Source of the DNA: Spirochaeta africana DSM 8902
GTDB lineage: Bacteria; Spirochaetota; Spirochaetia; DSM-27196; DSM-8902
DNA: 24,000 nt
Assembly: GCF_000242595.2 (NCBI RefSeq)
Contig: NC_017098.1
Location: 3,220,202 to 3,244,201 of the forward strand
Direction: 5' to 3'
The notes beneath the pieces are model-generated. The model saw nothing but the letters and a program-made list of their open reading frames with translations. It ran no database searches and was not told where the DNA came from. Made by a program: the position numbers and the translations under genes. This document shows positions 1 through 8,347 of this stretch, piece by piece. Each line of letters starts with the position of its first letter. The first letter of the stretch is position 1.

Positions 1-201
1 TTTGAGGCGCAGATCTACCACCGGCACCACGCTGCCGCGCAGATTGATCACCCCGCGCATAAAATCCAGGGTTCGCGGCACCTTGGTGATTTTTGTATAT
101 TCAAGCACCTCTCGCACCCGGTGCACCTCGACACCGTACTGCTCCCCATCCAGGGTAAAGGTTAGCAACTGCACCTTATTCTGCACTGCGGTTTCACTCA
201 T
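1..201 (-). CDS. cheW: CheW-like chemotaxis coupling protein (N-terminal 67 codons only; the gene runs off the left edge of the window)
   Basis: The minus-strand ATG is at 199-201, with AAGGGGG about 8 nt upstream. The translation is MSETAVQNKVQLLTFTLDGEQYGVEVHRVREVLEYTKITKVPRTLDFMRGVINLRGSVVPVVDLRLK. It has the conserved CheW core pattern (F.L..E.YG..V..V.EV......VP.....GVINLRG.VVPVVDLR). It is absent from the ORF track because it is truncated by the window edge. Confidence 0.8.
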   Translation of the reverse strand, partial: MSETAVQNKVQLLTFTLDGEQYGVEVHRVREVLEYTKITKVPRTLDFMRGVINLRGSVVPVVDLRLK

Positions 202-285
202 AGAAGACCCCCTTGGATTCAGTATAGATCGAAACGATGCCAAATTCAAAACATGGCTGAAAAACCATCTCCCGCTGCAGTCAGT

Positions 286-1152
286 CTACAGCTGGCGCCC
301 GGTTTCCAGCTTGTCCAGCATACGCTGTCGATCCTTACCCTGCAGGTCCGCATCTGCAATCGCCTGATCCAAGGGTTTGCCGTGCTGGACCACCTGCTGC
401 AGCACCTGGAACTCCCGCGCAGAGAAGGTAACAGCACCGCGACGGTGTTCCTCGAACGCTGCAGTTGCAACCGGGCACACCGCCCGGGCAATCTCCAGCA
501 TAACCTCGGCATACGCCCGGATTTCATACTGTGCATGCGGGTCGAGTCGCAGCCGCAGAAAATGGAACAGATTGTGCAAATCTATCTGCCAGTACCACTC
601 GGTGTACATACTCAGCGGCAGGTTGATTCGGGCCAGCTCTCGCGCCAGGCCGCTCTCGATCAGGCTCTGGTAAGCAGCGTACGCCTGCTGCTGCCCGGCT
701 TTCAGCTGACCCAGCACCTCGGTTGCTACCCCGGTATCGACCGCATCCTCGCTGCGCCCCTGTTTGTTATCCTCGCTCTGCAGCGAGATCTTGTCCGGAT
801 CCGGCAGATAGAACTCATCCTTCATGACCGAGTAGCGACCAGAAATCTCGTTCAGACGAGCCGTACGATGGCGCACCCATTGCCGCGCTACAAACACCGG
901 CATCTTGGCGTGGAAGGTAAATACCACCTGCTCGAACGGGGAGGTATGCTCATTCCGCAACAGGTAGCGGATCAGCCCGGCATCCTGCCGAAAGGATTTG
1001 GTGCCCGCTCCATAGGAGACCCGTGCTGCCTGTACGATGCGGTCGTCACCGCCCATATAATCCACCAGGCGAATAAAGCCCTTGTCCAGAACCGGATACT
1101 CTCGATCCAGAATCTCCTCTGCCGAGGATACAACCGTATGTGCCATGGCCAC
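286..1152 (-). CDS. thyX: Flavin-dependent thymidylate synthase ThyX
   Basis: This is a 288-aa ORF with a ThyX-type signature, RHRTARLNEISGRYS. The N-terminus is also ThyX-like (LDKGFIRLVDYMGGDDRIVQAARVSYG). The ORF-track start at 1152 is a GTG, and an ATG two codons downstream (1146) is an alternative start. Confidence 0.9.
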   Translation of the reverse strand: MAMAHTVVSSAEEILDREYPVLDKGFIRLVDYMGGDDRIVQAARVSYGAGTKSFRQDAGLIRYLLRNEHTSPFEQVVFTFHAKMPVFVARQWVRHRTARLNEISGRYSVMKDEFYLPDPDKISLQSEDNKQGRSEDAVDTGVATEVLGQLKAGQQQAYAAYQSLIESGLARELARINLPLSMYTEWYWQIDLHNLFHFLRLRLDPHAQYEIRAYAEVMLEIARAVCPVATAAFEEHRRGAVTFSAREFQVLQQVVQHGKPLDQAIADADLQGKDRQRMLDKLETGRQL

Positions 1153-1202
1153 AGCATAGCATCTTCGCCGGAAAATGACAGCGATAAAAGGCGATGCCGG
1201 GG

Positions 1203-2372
1203 TTATTTTGTAAGCTGATGCAGGGGATCAGGGCTGAAAAGCAGGGGGCGCATCCGCTCAAGCCGGCGCTCGTAGTAGGTCTGCCAGTGCTCGTCAAGCT
1301 GGCCGCTGTCTATCAGGGGAATCATGCGCCTGACCACAACCGCATAATCCTCGGTTATAAAATGGGTTATTGGTACAGTCTGCACAGACTCCAGCCGGGG
1401 ACGTGCCCCATGCTGACTCAGCAGTACCCGGTAGATCGCCGAATCCCCGGTATAGGCACGCGGCAGATCGTAATCATCTGCCGCCAGGAACCATGTCTGG
1501 GAGGAGATAAAATTCCCGGCCGAATAGATGATCAGTGCATCTGCCTGACCATCCTGCCGGGAAACAACCCGACGTTCCATCGGCTGCAGAACATGCGGAT
1601 GATGCCCCCACACTATATCTGCACCAGCATCTGCCATCCGGCGCATATACTCCTGTTTACGGCGATGTGGCCGGGTTACATACTCAACCCCGTCATGATA
1701 GGACACAATCAGATAATCTACCGTGGGACGAACCGTAGCCAGCCATTCCAGGAAAGCCTCTCGTTCGTGATCAAAAAACGTGAACTGGACCCGTTCGCGA
1801 CCGCGCCAGTCATTCAGCATCCCGGTGATCGCGGTGAATCCGATCTTCCAGCCATGCAGTTCCAGCAGTTCAAGCTGGAAATCCTTCCCCGCATCGGTAC
1901 GAATCCCGCTGAACACGGTATCCGGCGACTGCTGCTGCAGTGCCAGCGCCGTGCGGTAGGTGGCGGCCACTCCAGGGGCACCAAAGTCGGTCGTATGATT
2001 ATTGGCCAGACTGAAAACCTGAAAACCGGCCGCCATCGCGGCCTCGACATAGTCCGGATGCACATTGAAGGTAGGATAGCTGGACAGCTCCCGGTCGGGA
2101 TCTACCACGAACTCCAGGTTAGCGAAGTTCAGATCTCCCGTTGCCAGCACCCCGGTAACGTCTGCATAGATCCGGTCATATCCGGTCATGTTGAAATTCG
2201 GGCGGTGGGCCATGATATCCCCGACAAAATGGAGCACAAGGGGAGGACGAGTCGGTCGCAGAACCCGGACAGCCTCTATGTCGGTATCAGCCGCAGGAGA
2301 TGTTACGGTCTGGCTGCACCCGACCCCTCCCACGAGTATAAGGAGTGCACATAGTGCGCGAACTTGAGTCAT
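1203..2372 (-). CDS. CapA/PgsA-family metallophosphatase-like protein, probable lipoprotein
   Basis: This is a 389-aa ORF starting at ATG 2372, with GGAG upstream. The N-terminal signal sequence ends in a Cys (LILVGGVGCSQ). The body carries CapA-family motifs (LHFVGDIM, DLNFANLE, SLANNHTTDFG, VSYHDGVEY, WGHHPHV). Confidence 0.8.
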   Translation of the reverse strand: MTQVRALCALLILVGGVGCSQTVTSPAADTDIEAVRVLRPTRPPLVLHFVGDIMAHRPNFNMTGYDRIYADVTGVLATGDLNFANLEFVVDPDRELSSYPTFNVHPDYVEAAMAAGFQVFSLANNHTTDFGAPGVAATYRTALALQQQSPDTVFSGIRTDAGKDFQLELLELHGWKIGFTAITGMLNDWRGRERVQFTFFDHEREAFLEWLATVRPTVDYLIVSYHDGVEYVTRPHRRKQEYMRRMADAGADIVWGHHPHVLQPMERRVVSRQDGQADALIIYSAGNFISSQTWFLAADDYDLPRAYTGDSAIYRVLLSQHGARPRLESVQTVPITHFITEDYAVVVRRMIPLIDSGQLDEHWQTYYERRLERMRPLLFSPDPLHQLTK

Positions 2373-2433
2373 TAGCTCCAGTATGCGGCCGAAGCAGTAG
2401 TCTGTCCAGGCAAATCATACTACCTTAGTATCT

Positions 2434-3615
2434 ATGAACCGACTGAATTTGGCCAGGGTACTGCTGGCAATGCTGCTGTGTGCCTCCCCGGTGCTGCTCC
2501 AGGCTCAACACGCCGGTGACCAGGACTTCTTTGAACTGACCCGGCGTGAGACCTCGGATGGCGGATACAGCTTTCATGCAACCAATCGCCACATAATTCC
2601 TATATTTGTGTCACTGAGCTTTCCCCAGCTTCAGGGACTCGAAGCCGATCAGCCGCTGCCGATAGAAGTAGTGCTGGAAGCGGGTGCCGAGGAACAGGAA
2701 ATCGCCCGGCTCAGCAGGGTAAGCAACCGCCAGATATCCTTCCGCTCGTCTGCAGTCTATGTACGCGGTGACCCGTCGGCGGTTGTCCACGATGACAGCC
2801 ATGTCTATCTGCTGCCCTACGAACACGGACGAAAATATCGTGTTACCCAGGGCTATAACGGCCCCTTTACGCATGTTGGCGAGAATCAATATGCCATAGA
2901 CTTTGATCTGGAGGAGGGCGATCCGGTACATGCTGCACGCAGCGGCCTGGTGGTAGAGATCAAGCAGGACAGCAGCATCGGCGGACCCAGTCCCCGGTAC
3001 ACCGAGCATGCCAACTTTATCCTGATCCAGCATGATGACGGAAGTTTCGGGAACTATGTACACCTGCAGTATGACGGCGCCCTTGTCACCGTAGGTGATC
3101 GGGTTCAGGCCGGGGATCTGATCGGTCTGAGTGGCAACACCGGCCGCAGCAGCGGCCCTCACCTGCATTTTGATGTACGGATTCCGACCCGCTCCGGGCG
3201 TATGCAGTCACTACCCACCCTGTTCAAAAATCATGACGGCGAGGCCATAGAAATAGAACAGGGACGTCACTACTACGCCCGGCATCCGGGAAAACCGGAA
3301 TTCGAGGCATTCTTTGGCAGCGAACTCACCAATCAGGATTTCCGCGATCATACCGAAGCGATCACAACCGGCAGCCTGGATGTTCGTGTTGAGCAGATAG
3401 ACTCGACCTACGTGCTGTTTTTACAGAACGGTACCGACCAGCGTCTGGAGATTGATACTACCCTGCAGCTGAGGGGGATGGAGGCCACCACCCCGCTGCA
3501 GCTGACCCACCGGGTAGATCCGCAGACCGAGGTGTTTTTAAGCATCCTCCGTCCGCAGGATGGGGTGAGGCAGGCACAATACGGATACCAGCTGCGTTTC
3601 CGGGAACTGGATTGA
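2434..3615 (+). CDS. Secreted M23 (LytM-type) metallopeptidase
   Basis: This is a 393-aa ORF with an N-terminal signal peptide (MNRLNLARVLLAMLLCASPVLLQAQ). The M23 motifs are present: H-x-G-x5-A-I-D-F-D (HVGENQYAIDFD), GLSGNTGRSSGPHLHFDV and a central HDDGSFGNYVHL. The flanking N- and C-terminal regions are not recognisable. Confidence 0.85.
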   Translation: MNRLNLARVLLAMLLCASPVLLQAQHAGDQDFFELTRRETSDGGYSFHATNRHIIPIFVSLSFPQLQGLEADQPLPIEVVLEAGAEEQEIARLSRVSNRQISFRSSAVYVRGDPSAVVHDDSHVYLLPYEHGRKYRVTQGYNGPFTHVGENQYAIDFDLEEGDPVHAARSGLVVEIKQDSSIGGPSPRYTEHANFILIQHDDGSFGNYVHLQYDGALVTVGDRVQAGDLIGLSGNTGRSSGPHLHFDVRIPTRSGRMQSLPTLFKNHDGEAIEIEQGRHYYARHPGKPEFEAFFGSELTNQDFRDHTEAITTGSLDVRVEQIDSTYVLFLQNGTDQRLEIDTTLQLRGMEATTPLQLTHRVDPQTEVFLSILRPQDGVRQAQYGYQLRFRELD

Positions 3616-3628
3616 GACACAGCCTGCT

Positions 3629-3654
3629 GCCGGCATTACCCGCCGGCATTACCC
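3629..3654. repeat. Perfect tandem 13-bp repeat (GCCGGCATTACCC x2) in the convergent gap between the M23 peptidase and ppk
   Basis: Copies at 3629-3641 and 3642-3654 are identical. GCCGGC(3629-3634)/GCCGGC(3642-3647) can form a 6-bp all-GC stem with a 7-nt loop. The second copy overlaps the last codons and the stop of ppk. No U-tract follows on either strand, so a terminator role is uncertain. Confidence 0.6.
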
Positions 3655-5760
3655 GGGTTTGCGGCGAACCGGGAACTCCTTCTCGTACATCGGGACTGAC
3701 TTCTGCTGCTTTCGCAGCATGCGATAGATTGCATGCTGCACCTGCATCGGCTCATCACCCTTTCCCGGTTTCACCCGTATATAACTGCCGTCAGCCTGCA
3801 TGGCATGCGCATGGGTGTTGTCAAGGAAAAACAACTCGAGGATTTCCAGGATCTGTTCCCGAAGATCAGGATCATCAACCGGTATCATGAGCTCCACCCT
3901 GCGCTCGAGATTACGCGGCATCCAGTCAGCACTGGAAAGGTATACCTCCTCACTGCCGCCGTTCAGAAAAAAGAATGCACGAACATGCTCAAGATAACGG
4001 TCGATGATGCTGACCACGCGGATATGCTCACTCTGGCCGGGTACCCCCGGCACCAGCATGCAGATGCCGCGAACATTCAGATCAATTCGCACATGATTGC
4101 AGGAGGCTTCGTACAAGGCCTGGATAATCTCGGGATCCGCAATCGAGTTCAGCTTGGCAATGATTCGCCCCGGGGTCTCACGTGAACTTTTCTGCGACTC
4201 CCGTTTTATCAGTTCCAGCAGATTGTTCTTCATCTGTACCGGTGCAAGAATCAATCGCTTGAGCGCCGGTATTGCTGAATACCCGGTAATGGCATTAAAA
4301 AACTGTCCGGCATCATAGGCCAGATCGGCACGGCAGCTCAGCAGGCTCATGTCGGTGTAGAGCTTTGCGGTTTTATCGTTGTAGTTCCCGGTTCCCAAAT
4401 GAAGGTATCGCTGTATACCGGTATCCTCGCGACGGATAATCAGCAGTGCCTTGGCGTGCACCTTTAACCGGGCGATGCCGTACACCACCAGTGCCCCGGC
4501 CTTTTCCAGACGCTCGGCCCAGCTGATATTCCGCTCCTCATCAAACCGGGCCTTGAGCTCTACCAGAACCGTCACCTGCTTTCCGCTTTGTGCCGCCCGC
4601 TCGAGCGCCCGGACGATAGGTGAGTTCCCACTGGTTCGGTACAACGTCATCTTGATTGCCAGCACCTCCGGATCCTCGGATGCCTCGGTTACCATCCGGA
4701 TCACCGGCTCAAAGGATTCATACGGATGATGCAGCAGAATATCTCCCTGCTTGATGGCATCCCAGATTACCGCTGCCTCGGCAATCTGTGGTTTTTCCAT
4801 CGGTCGCCATTTTTCGGCGCGCAGGTGATCCATTCCTGGGTGATTCACCAGTTCCATCAAGGGGTTGATGTCAATCGGATTCGGCTTGTAGTACACTTCG
4901 TGATCATGCAGCCCGAGTCGCTCCTGCAGCAGCGGGGTAAGTGAGCAGTTTTCTGCATCAATTGACAACCGCACCGCCTGGCTTCGCTCTCGCCACTCCA
5001 GAATCTGTTCCATGGCCTCGACAAAATCTTCGTCCCGTGACTCGTCCACCCCCATGTCGGCATCTCTGGTGATGCGAAACAGCACACGCTCATCAATCCT
5101 GTACCCGGGAAACAGGGTATGCGCATGCGAGCGGATAACATCCTCGAGCATGGTAAACGAGCTTCTCCCCTCACTGTCCGGCAAATACCAGATCCGCGGC
5201 AGCCCCGAGGGTATGGGAACTATGGCAATATTCTCGTCTCCATCACCAAACAGCCGGTCTCCATCCTCGTATCTCAGCTTGAACGCCGCATACAGATTCA
5301 GGTTGCCGATGTATGGCAAGGGTTCGCCGGATTCTACACGGACCGGGGTGAGCAGTGGGTAGATCTCCTGCTGGAAGCGGTGACGAACCGCCGCCTCCTG
5401 GTCCGAGGTGAAATTTTCGGGTCGCTGGAGTACCAGCCCCTCCTCGGCCAGTGCCGGCAGGATTTCCTCCAACAGGCAGTTGTACTGCACTGCGGTAAGC
5501 TCACGAACAACCGCACTGATCCGGGAGAGCTGTTCGGTGGGCGCAATCCCGGTTGGACAGCTGATATAGTTCCCCTTTTCTGCCTGGCGCTTGATAGCCG
5601 CAACCCGGACCATAAAAAACTCGTCGAAGTTCGCTGTCCCGATACACAGGAATTTTAATCGTTCCAGCAGCGGCAGATCCGGTCTGAGTGCTTCTGAAAG
5701 CACACGCCGGTTAAACTCGAGCCAACTCAGCTCCCGATTCACATATGTATATTCGCTCAT
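3649..5760 (-). CDS. ppk: Polyphosphate kinase 1
   Basis: This is a 703-aa ORF with a classic PPK1 N-terminus (YVNRELSWLEFNRRVLSEA). PPK1 motifs run throughout (NLDEFFMVRV-like ANFDEFFMVRVA, KVHAKALLI, GTGNYN). GGAGA lies 5-6 nt upstream of the ATG, which is 10 nt after the ppx stop. Confidence 0.95.
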   Translation of the reverse strand: MSEYTYVNRELSWLEFNRRVLSEALRPDLPLLERLKFLCIGTANFDEFFMVRVAAIKRQAEKGNYISCPTGIAPTEQLSRISAVVRELTAVQYNCLLEEILPALAEEGLVLQRPENFTSDQEAAVRHRFQQEIYPLLTPVRVESGEPLPYIGNLNLYAAFKLRYEDGDRLFGDGDENIAIVPIPSGLPRIWYLPDSEGRSSFTMLEDVIRSHAHTLFPGYRIDERVLFRITRDADMGVDESRDEDFVEAMEQILEWRERSQAVRLSIDAENCSLTPLLQERLGLHDHEVYYKPNPIDINPLMELVNHPGMDHLRAEKWRPMEKPQIAEAAVIWDAIKQGDILLHHPYESFEPVIRMVTEASEDPEVLAIKMTLYRTSGNSPIVRALERAAQSGKQVTVLVELKARFDEERNISWAERLEKAGALVVYGIARLKVHAKALLIIRREDTGIQRYLHLGTGNYNDKTAKLYTDMSLLSCRADLAYDAGQFFNAITGYSAIPALKRLILAPVQMKNNLLELIKRESQKSSRETPGRIIAKLNSIADPEIIQALYEASCNHVRIDLNVRGICMLVPGVPGQSEHIRVVSIIDRYLEHVRAFFFLNGGSEEVYLSSADWMPRNLERRVELMIPVDDPDLREQILEILELFFLDNTHAHAMQADGSYIRVKPGKGDEPMQVQHAIYRMLRKQQKSVPMYEKEFPVRRKPG

Positions 5761-5770
5761 TGGTATCTCC

Positions 5771-7312
5771 CTACTGAATCAAGACTCGATAGCCAAACAC
5801 GTTCTCGAAAAGATCCGCCTTGTCCAGCGCCCCGTTCTTTTCGACCGACATATCACCAGTAAAGCTGCAGTGTATCACCAGGTCTGCTTCACGCAATTCA
5901 GCCTGCACAGCGCTTACCCGACGGGCATGACCCCGATCAAGACCATCTGCAATACGCAAAATCGCCGCCAGTTTCTGCACCAGCATTCGCTGTGTGGTTC
6001 GCAGGGCATTATAAGCACTATGCGAACTGGCCGGCACGGATTTGCGATGGTAACGGACTACGTTCGATACCACCCGTATATCCTGACGGGACAACCCGAA
6101 AATCTCGGAATTCGCTACCAGATACTGCCCGTGTTTATGATGCCCGCTTCCGCGAATAAAGTAGCCGATATCATGCAGGACCGCTGCCACCTCGAGTAAC
6201 AGCCTGGCCTGATCGTCCATCCCGTGATCATCACGCAGCTCGTCAAAAAGCTGCAGCGCCAGCCGGGTAACATGGCGTGCATGCTCGGCGTCATAGTGGA
6301 ATTTCCGTCCCAGACTTTCAGCGCTGGCTCGCACCTGCCTGTGAAACTGATCCTCTGCCTTGTGGCTTTTCCCGGTAATCAGATTCATCAGAACACCTTC
6401 GCGCAGGCTTACATCAGGAATGATAAGATTGTCTGAGGAAGTCGCCTGCAGGAAATATTTACACACCAGCAAAGCAGGGACAAACCCCTCGGCCTCGTTG
6501 TAGGTAATGCCAAACCTGCGGACAATCTTTTCCATACTGTAGCTTTGGGCACGCATCACAAAGGTCTCGAAATCACCCCGCTCGATAATACTGAACTGAT
6601 CATGTCGTTTGGTGCTGGGAATAAACGACGCCGCCATCCGGGCATCGCCCCCGACCGCAACAAAAAACTTGATTCGTGACAGCGGCAGCTCGGTGTCCAG
6701 CAGTTCAAGATTGATGCGCAGATTCTCGCGAATATAATCATCCAGATGATTCGGGGAGTCGATACCCGTGCGAACCTGCTCCTCCAGCCTGACCGTGCCC
6801 AGCCGCAATGAATGTGCCGCGACCATCCGACCACGCTTGAGCAGCATTACCTCGGTCGTGCCGCCGCCCACCTCCAGAATCAGCGAGTTGAATCGAGCAA
6901 ACTGTGGACGAATAGTCCGAATAGCATGATCAACGGCAATGTAGGTAAGGTAGTTTTCCTCGACCCCTTCCACAATATTGATCTTGAGGCCTGTTTTTAT
7001 CCATACACGGTCGATAAAAATATCGCGGTTGCGCGCCTCGCGTACCGCACTGGTGGCAATCACCCGCAGATCACTCTTCTTGAGCCCGTATCCCTTGGCC
7101 AGCTCGACAAAGTTTTCCAGAATTCTGATCGACTGCAGCATGCTTTCCCGACTGATCTCGCCGTGTACAAATACATCCCGACCCAACGGCACCGGGCGTG
7201 CAGCCCGATCGATGCGACGAATCGTGCCTCCGTCCCCATGAACCTCCGAAACAAGGATCCGGATTGCCGTGGAGCCGATGTCTATTACCGCTACTACTCG
7301 AGGTTTGTTCAT
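5771..7312 (-). CDS. ppx: Exopolyphosphatase / guanosine pentaphosphate phosphohydrolase family (Ppx/GppA) with C-terminal HD domain
   Basis: This is a 513-aa ORF. The N-terminal ASKHA fold carries the phosphate-binding motifs (VIDIGSTAIRILV, LEVGGGTTE). The C-terminal part has HD-domain residues (LHDIGYFI...HHKHG). Its start overlaps the ROK gene stop in an ATGA (7309-7312). Confidence 0.9.
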   Translation of the reverse strand: MNKPRVVAVIDIGSTAIRILVSEVHGDGGTIRRIDRAARPVPLGRDVFVHGEISRESMLQSIRILENFVELAKGYGLKKSDLRVIATSAVREARNRDIFIDRVWIKTGLKINIVEGVEENYLTYIAVDHAIRTIRPQFARFNSLILEVGGGTTEVMLLKRGRMVAAHSLRLGTVRLEEQVRTGIDSPNHLDDYIRENLRINLELLDTELPLSRIKFFVAVGGDARMAASFIPSTKRHDQFSIIERGDFETFVMRAQSYSMEKIVRRFGITYNEAEGFVPALLVCKYFLQATSSDNLIIPDVSLREGVLMNLITGKSHKAEDQFHRQVRASAESLGRKFHYDAEHARHVTRLALQLFDELRDDHGMDDQARLLLEVAAVLHDIGYFIRGSGHHKHGQYLVANSEIFGLSRQDIRVVSNVVRYHRKSVPASSHSAYNALRTTQRMLVQKLAAILRIADGLDRGHARRVSAVQAELREADLVIHCSFTGDMSVEKNGALDKADLFENVFGYRVLIQ

Positions 7313-8292
7313 TCCGGAGAAACCCCTTCCTGCAGTGTCTCCGACAGCAGAGCAGCAATCCCCAGGGGCACAGCGTCGTCACCGAGGGTAGCCTGCATCA
7401 CCTGTACCTGATCGCCTAATACCTTCATGCAGCGGGCTCGCATAGCAGCCTCAGCCTGTGCAACATAGGTTTTCCCCAGCTTTTCCACAATTCCTCCACC
7501 GAGAAGAATCACTTCTGGATTGAAGATCTGAACACAGGCAGCCATCCCGGCGCCCAGGAACCCGGTGCTCCGCGTTACCAGGTTTTCCACCGCTACATCG
7601 CCCGCATCAATGGCTTTTTTGATCACCGAACTCTTTATCTGACTGATATCGGTTCCAGCCTCGGCACGCACCGTGGGTGCATACCCGGTCGCCGCGAGCA
7701 TCACCATATCCTTTGCCAACGCCGTCTTGCCGGCCAACCCCTCCAGGGTGCCCGCAATACCTACCGGGGAGATCGGCCCATCGGTCTGCAGGATGATATG
7801 CCCGATCTCCCCGGCACCACCGCCGGCGCCACGGAAAAGCCGGCCATTCAGGATGATGCCGCCCCCGATGCCGGTGCCGACAAACAGACCGATTACGTGC
7901 CGGGCACGGCGAGCCGGTCCGAACCGGTATTCGCCGAAGACCCCGGCATTCACATCGTTCTCTACGATAACCGGCACGTTATACAGGCTGCCCAGCTGCT
8001 CTTTGAGATCCAGGTCCCGGAGATTAAGGTTCGGCAGATGCGGGATTTTCTCTGTTCTGGCATCCACCAGCCCCGGCACCGCAATTCCGATCCCGGCCAG
8101 CTCTATCCCTGCAGGGGCCTGCGCCAAGGCTTCGTCCATAGTTTCCTGAATACGGCTGACCAACTCGGACTCGGAGGCAATTCCCCGGGTTTTTTTCTTG
8201 CTGGATCCGAGTGCTTCAAACCCCATATTGAAAACAGTTGCGAGCATCTTGGTCCCGCCAAGATCAAACCCGATCAGACATTGGTCTGCCAT
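7309..8292 (-). CDS. ROK-family sugar kinase (glucokinase-like) lacking the ROK zinc-binding Cys motif
   Basis: This is a 327-aa ORF starting at ATG 8292, preceded by GGGAGGAG. It has the ASKHA/ROK motifs GFDLGGTK, GTGIGGGIILNG and GAGEIGH. Canonical ROK kinases have CxCGxxGCxE after GAGEIGH, whereas this protein reads IILQTDGPISPVGIAGTLE with no Cys. Confidence 0.85.
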   Translation of the reverse strand: MADQCLIGFDLGGTKMLATVFNMGFEALGSSKKKTRGIASESELVSRIQETMDEALAQAPAGIELAGIGIAVPGLVDARTEKIPHLPNLNLRDLDLKEQLGSLYNVPVIVENDVNAGVFGEYRFGPARRARHVIGLFVGTGIGGGIILNGRLFRGAGGGAGEIGHIILQTDGPISPVGIAGTLEGLAGKTALAKDMVMLAATGYAPTVRAEAGTDISQIKSSVIKKAIDAGDVAVENLVTRSTGFLGAGMAACVQIFNPEVILLGGGIVEKLGKTYVAQAEAAMRARCMKVLGDQVQVMQATLGDDAVPLGIAALLSETLQEGVSPE

Positions 8293-8347
8293 GGACTCCT
8301 CCCTACAGATTGTGCGGTGTTACTTGTCTATGGTAGCATCTTCGCAC

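Noticed and set aside
253-2354. Long plus-strand ORFs 253-1218 (321 aa) and 1194-2354 (386 aa)
   Set aside because: They lie exactly antisense to thyX and the CapA-family gene, which have clear family motifs. Their translations are Arg/Pro/Gly/Leu-rich with no recognisable motifs. These are typical shadow ORFs of GC-rich DNA.
8198-8347. The 50-codon N-terminal extension of the NMNAT-like ORF in the ORF track
   Set aside because: This part overlaps the 5' end of the divergent ROK gene on the other strand. Its translation (MLDPSASNPILKTVASILVPPRSNPIRHWSAMDSS...) has no counterpart in NadR/NMNAT proteins. The ATG at 8348 leaves a normal-length N-terminus before the GxFxPxHxGH motif.
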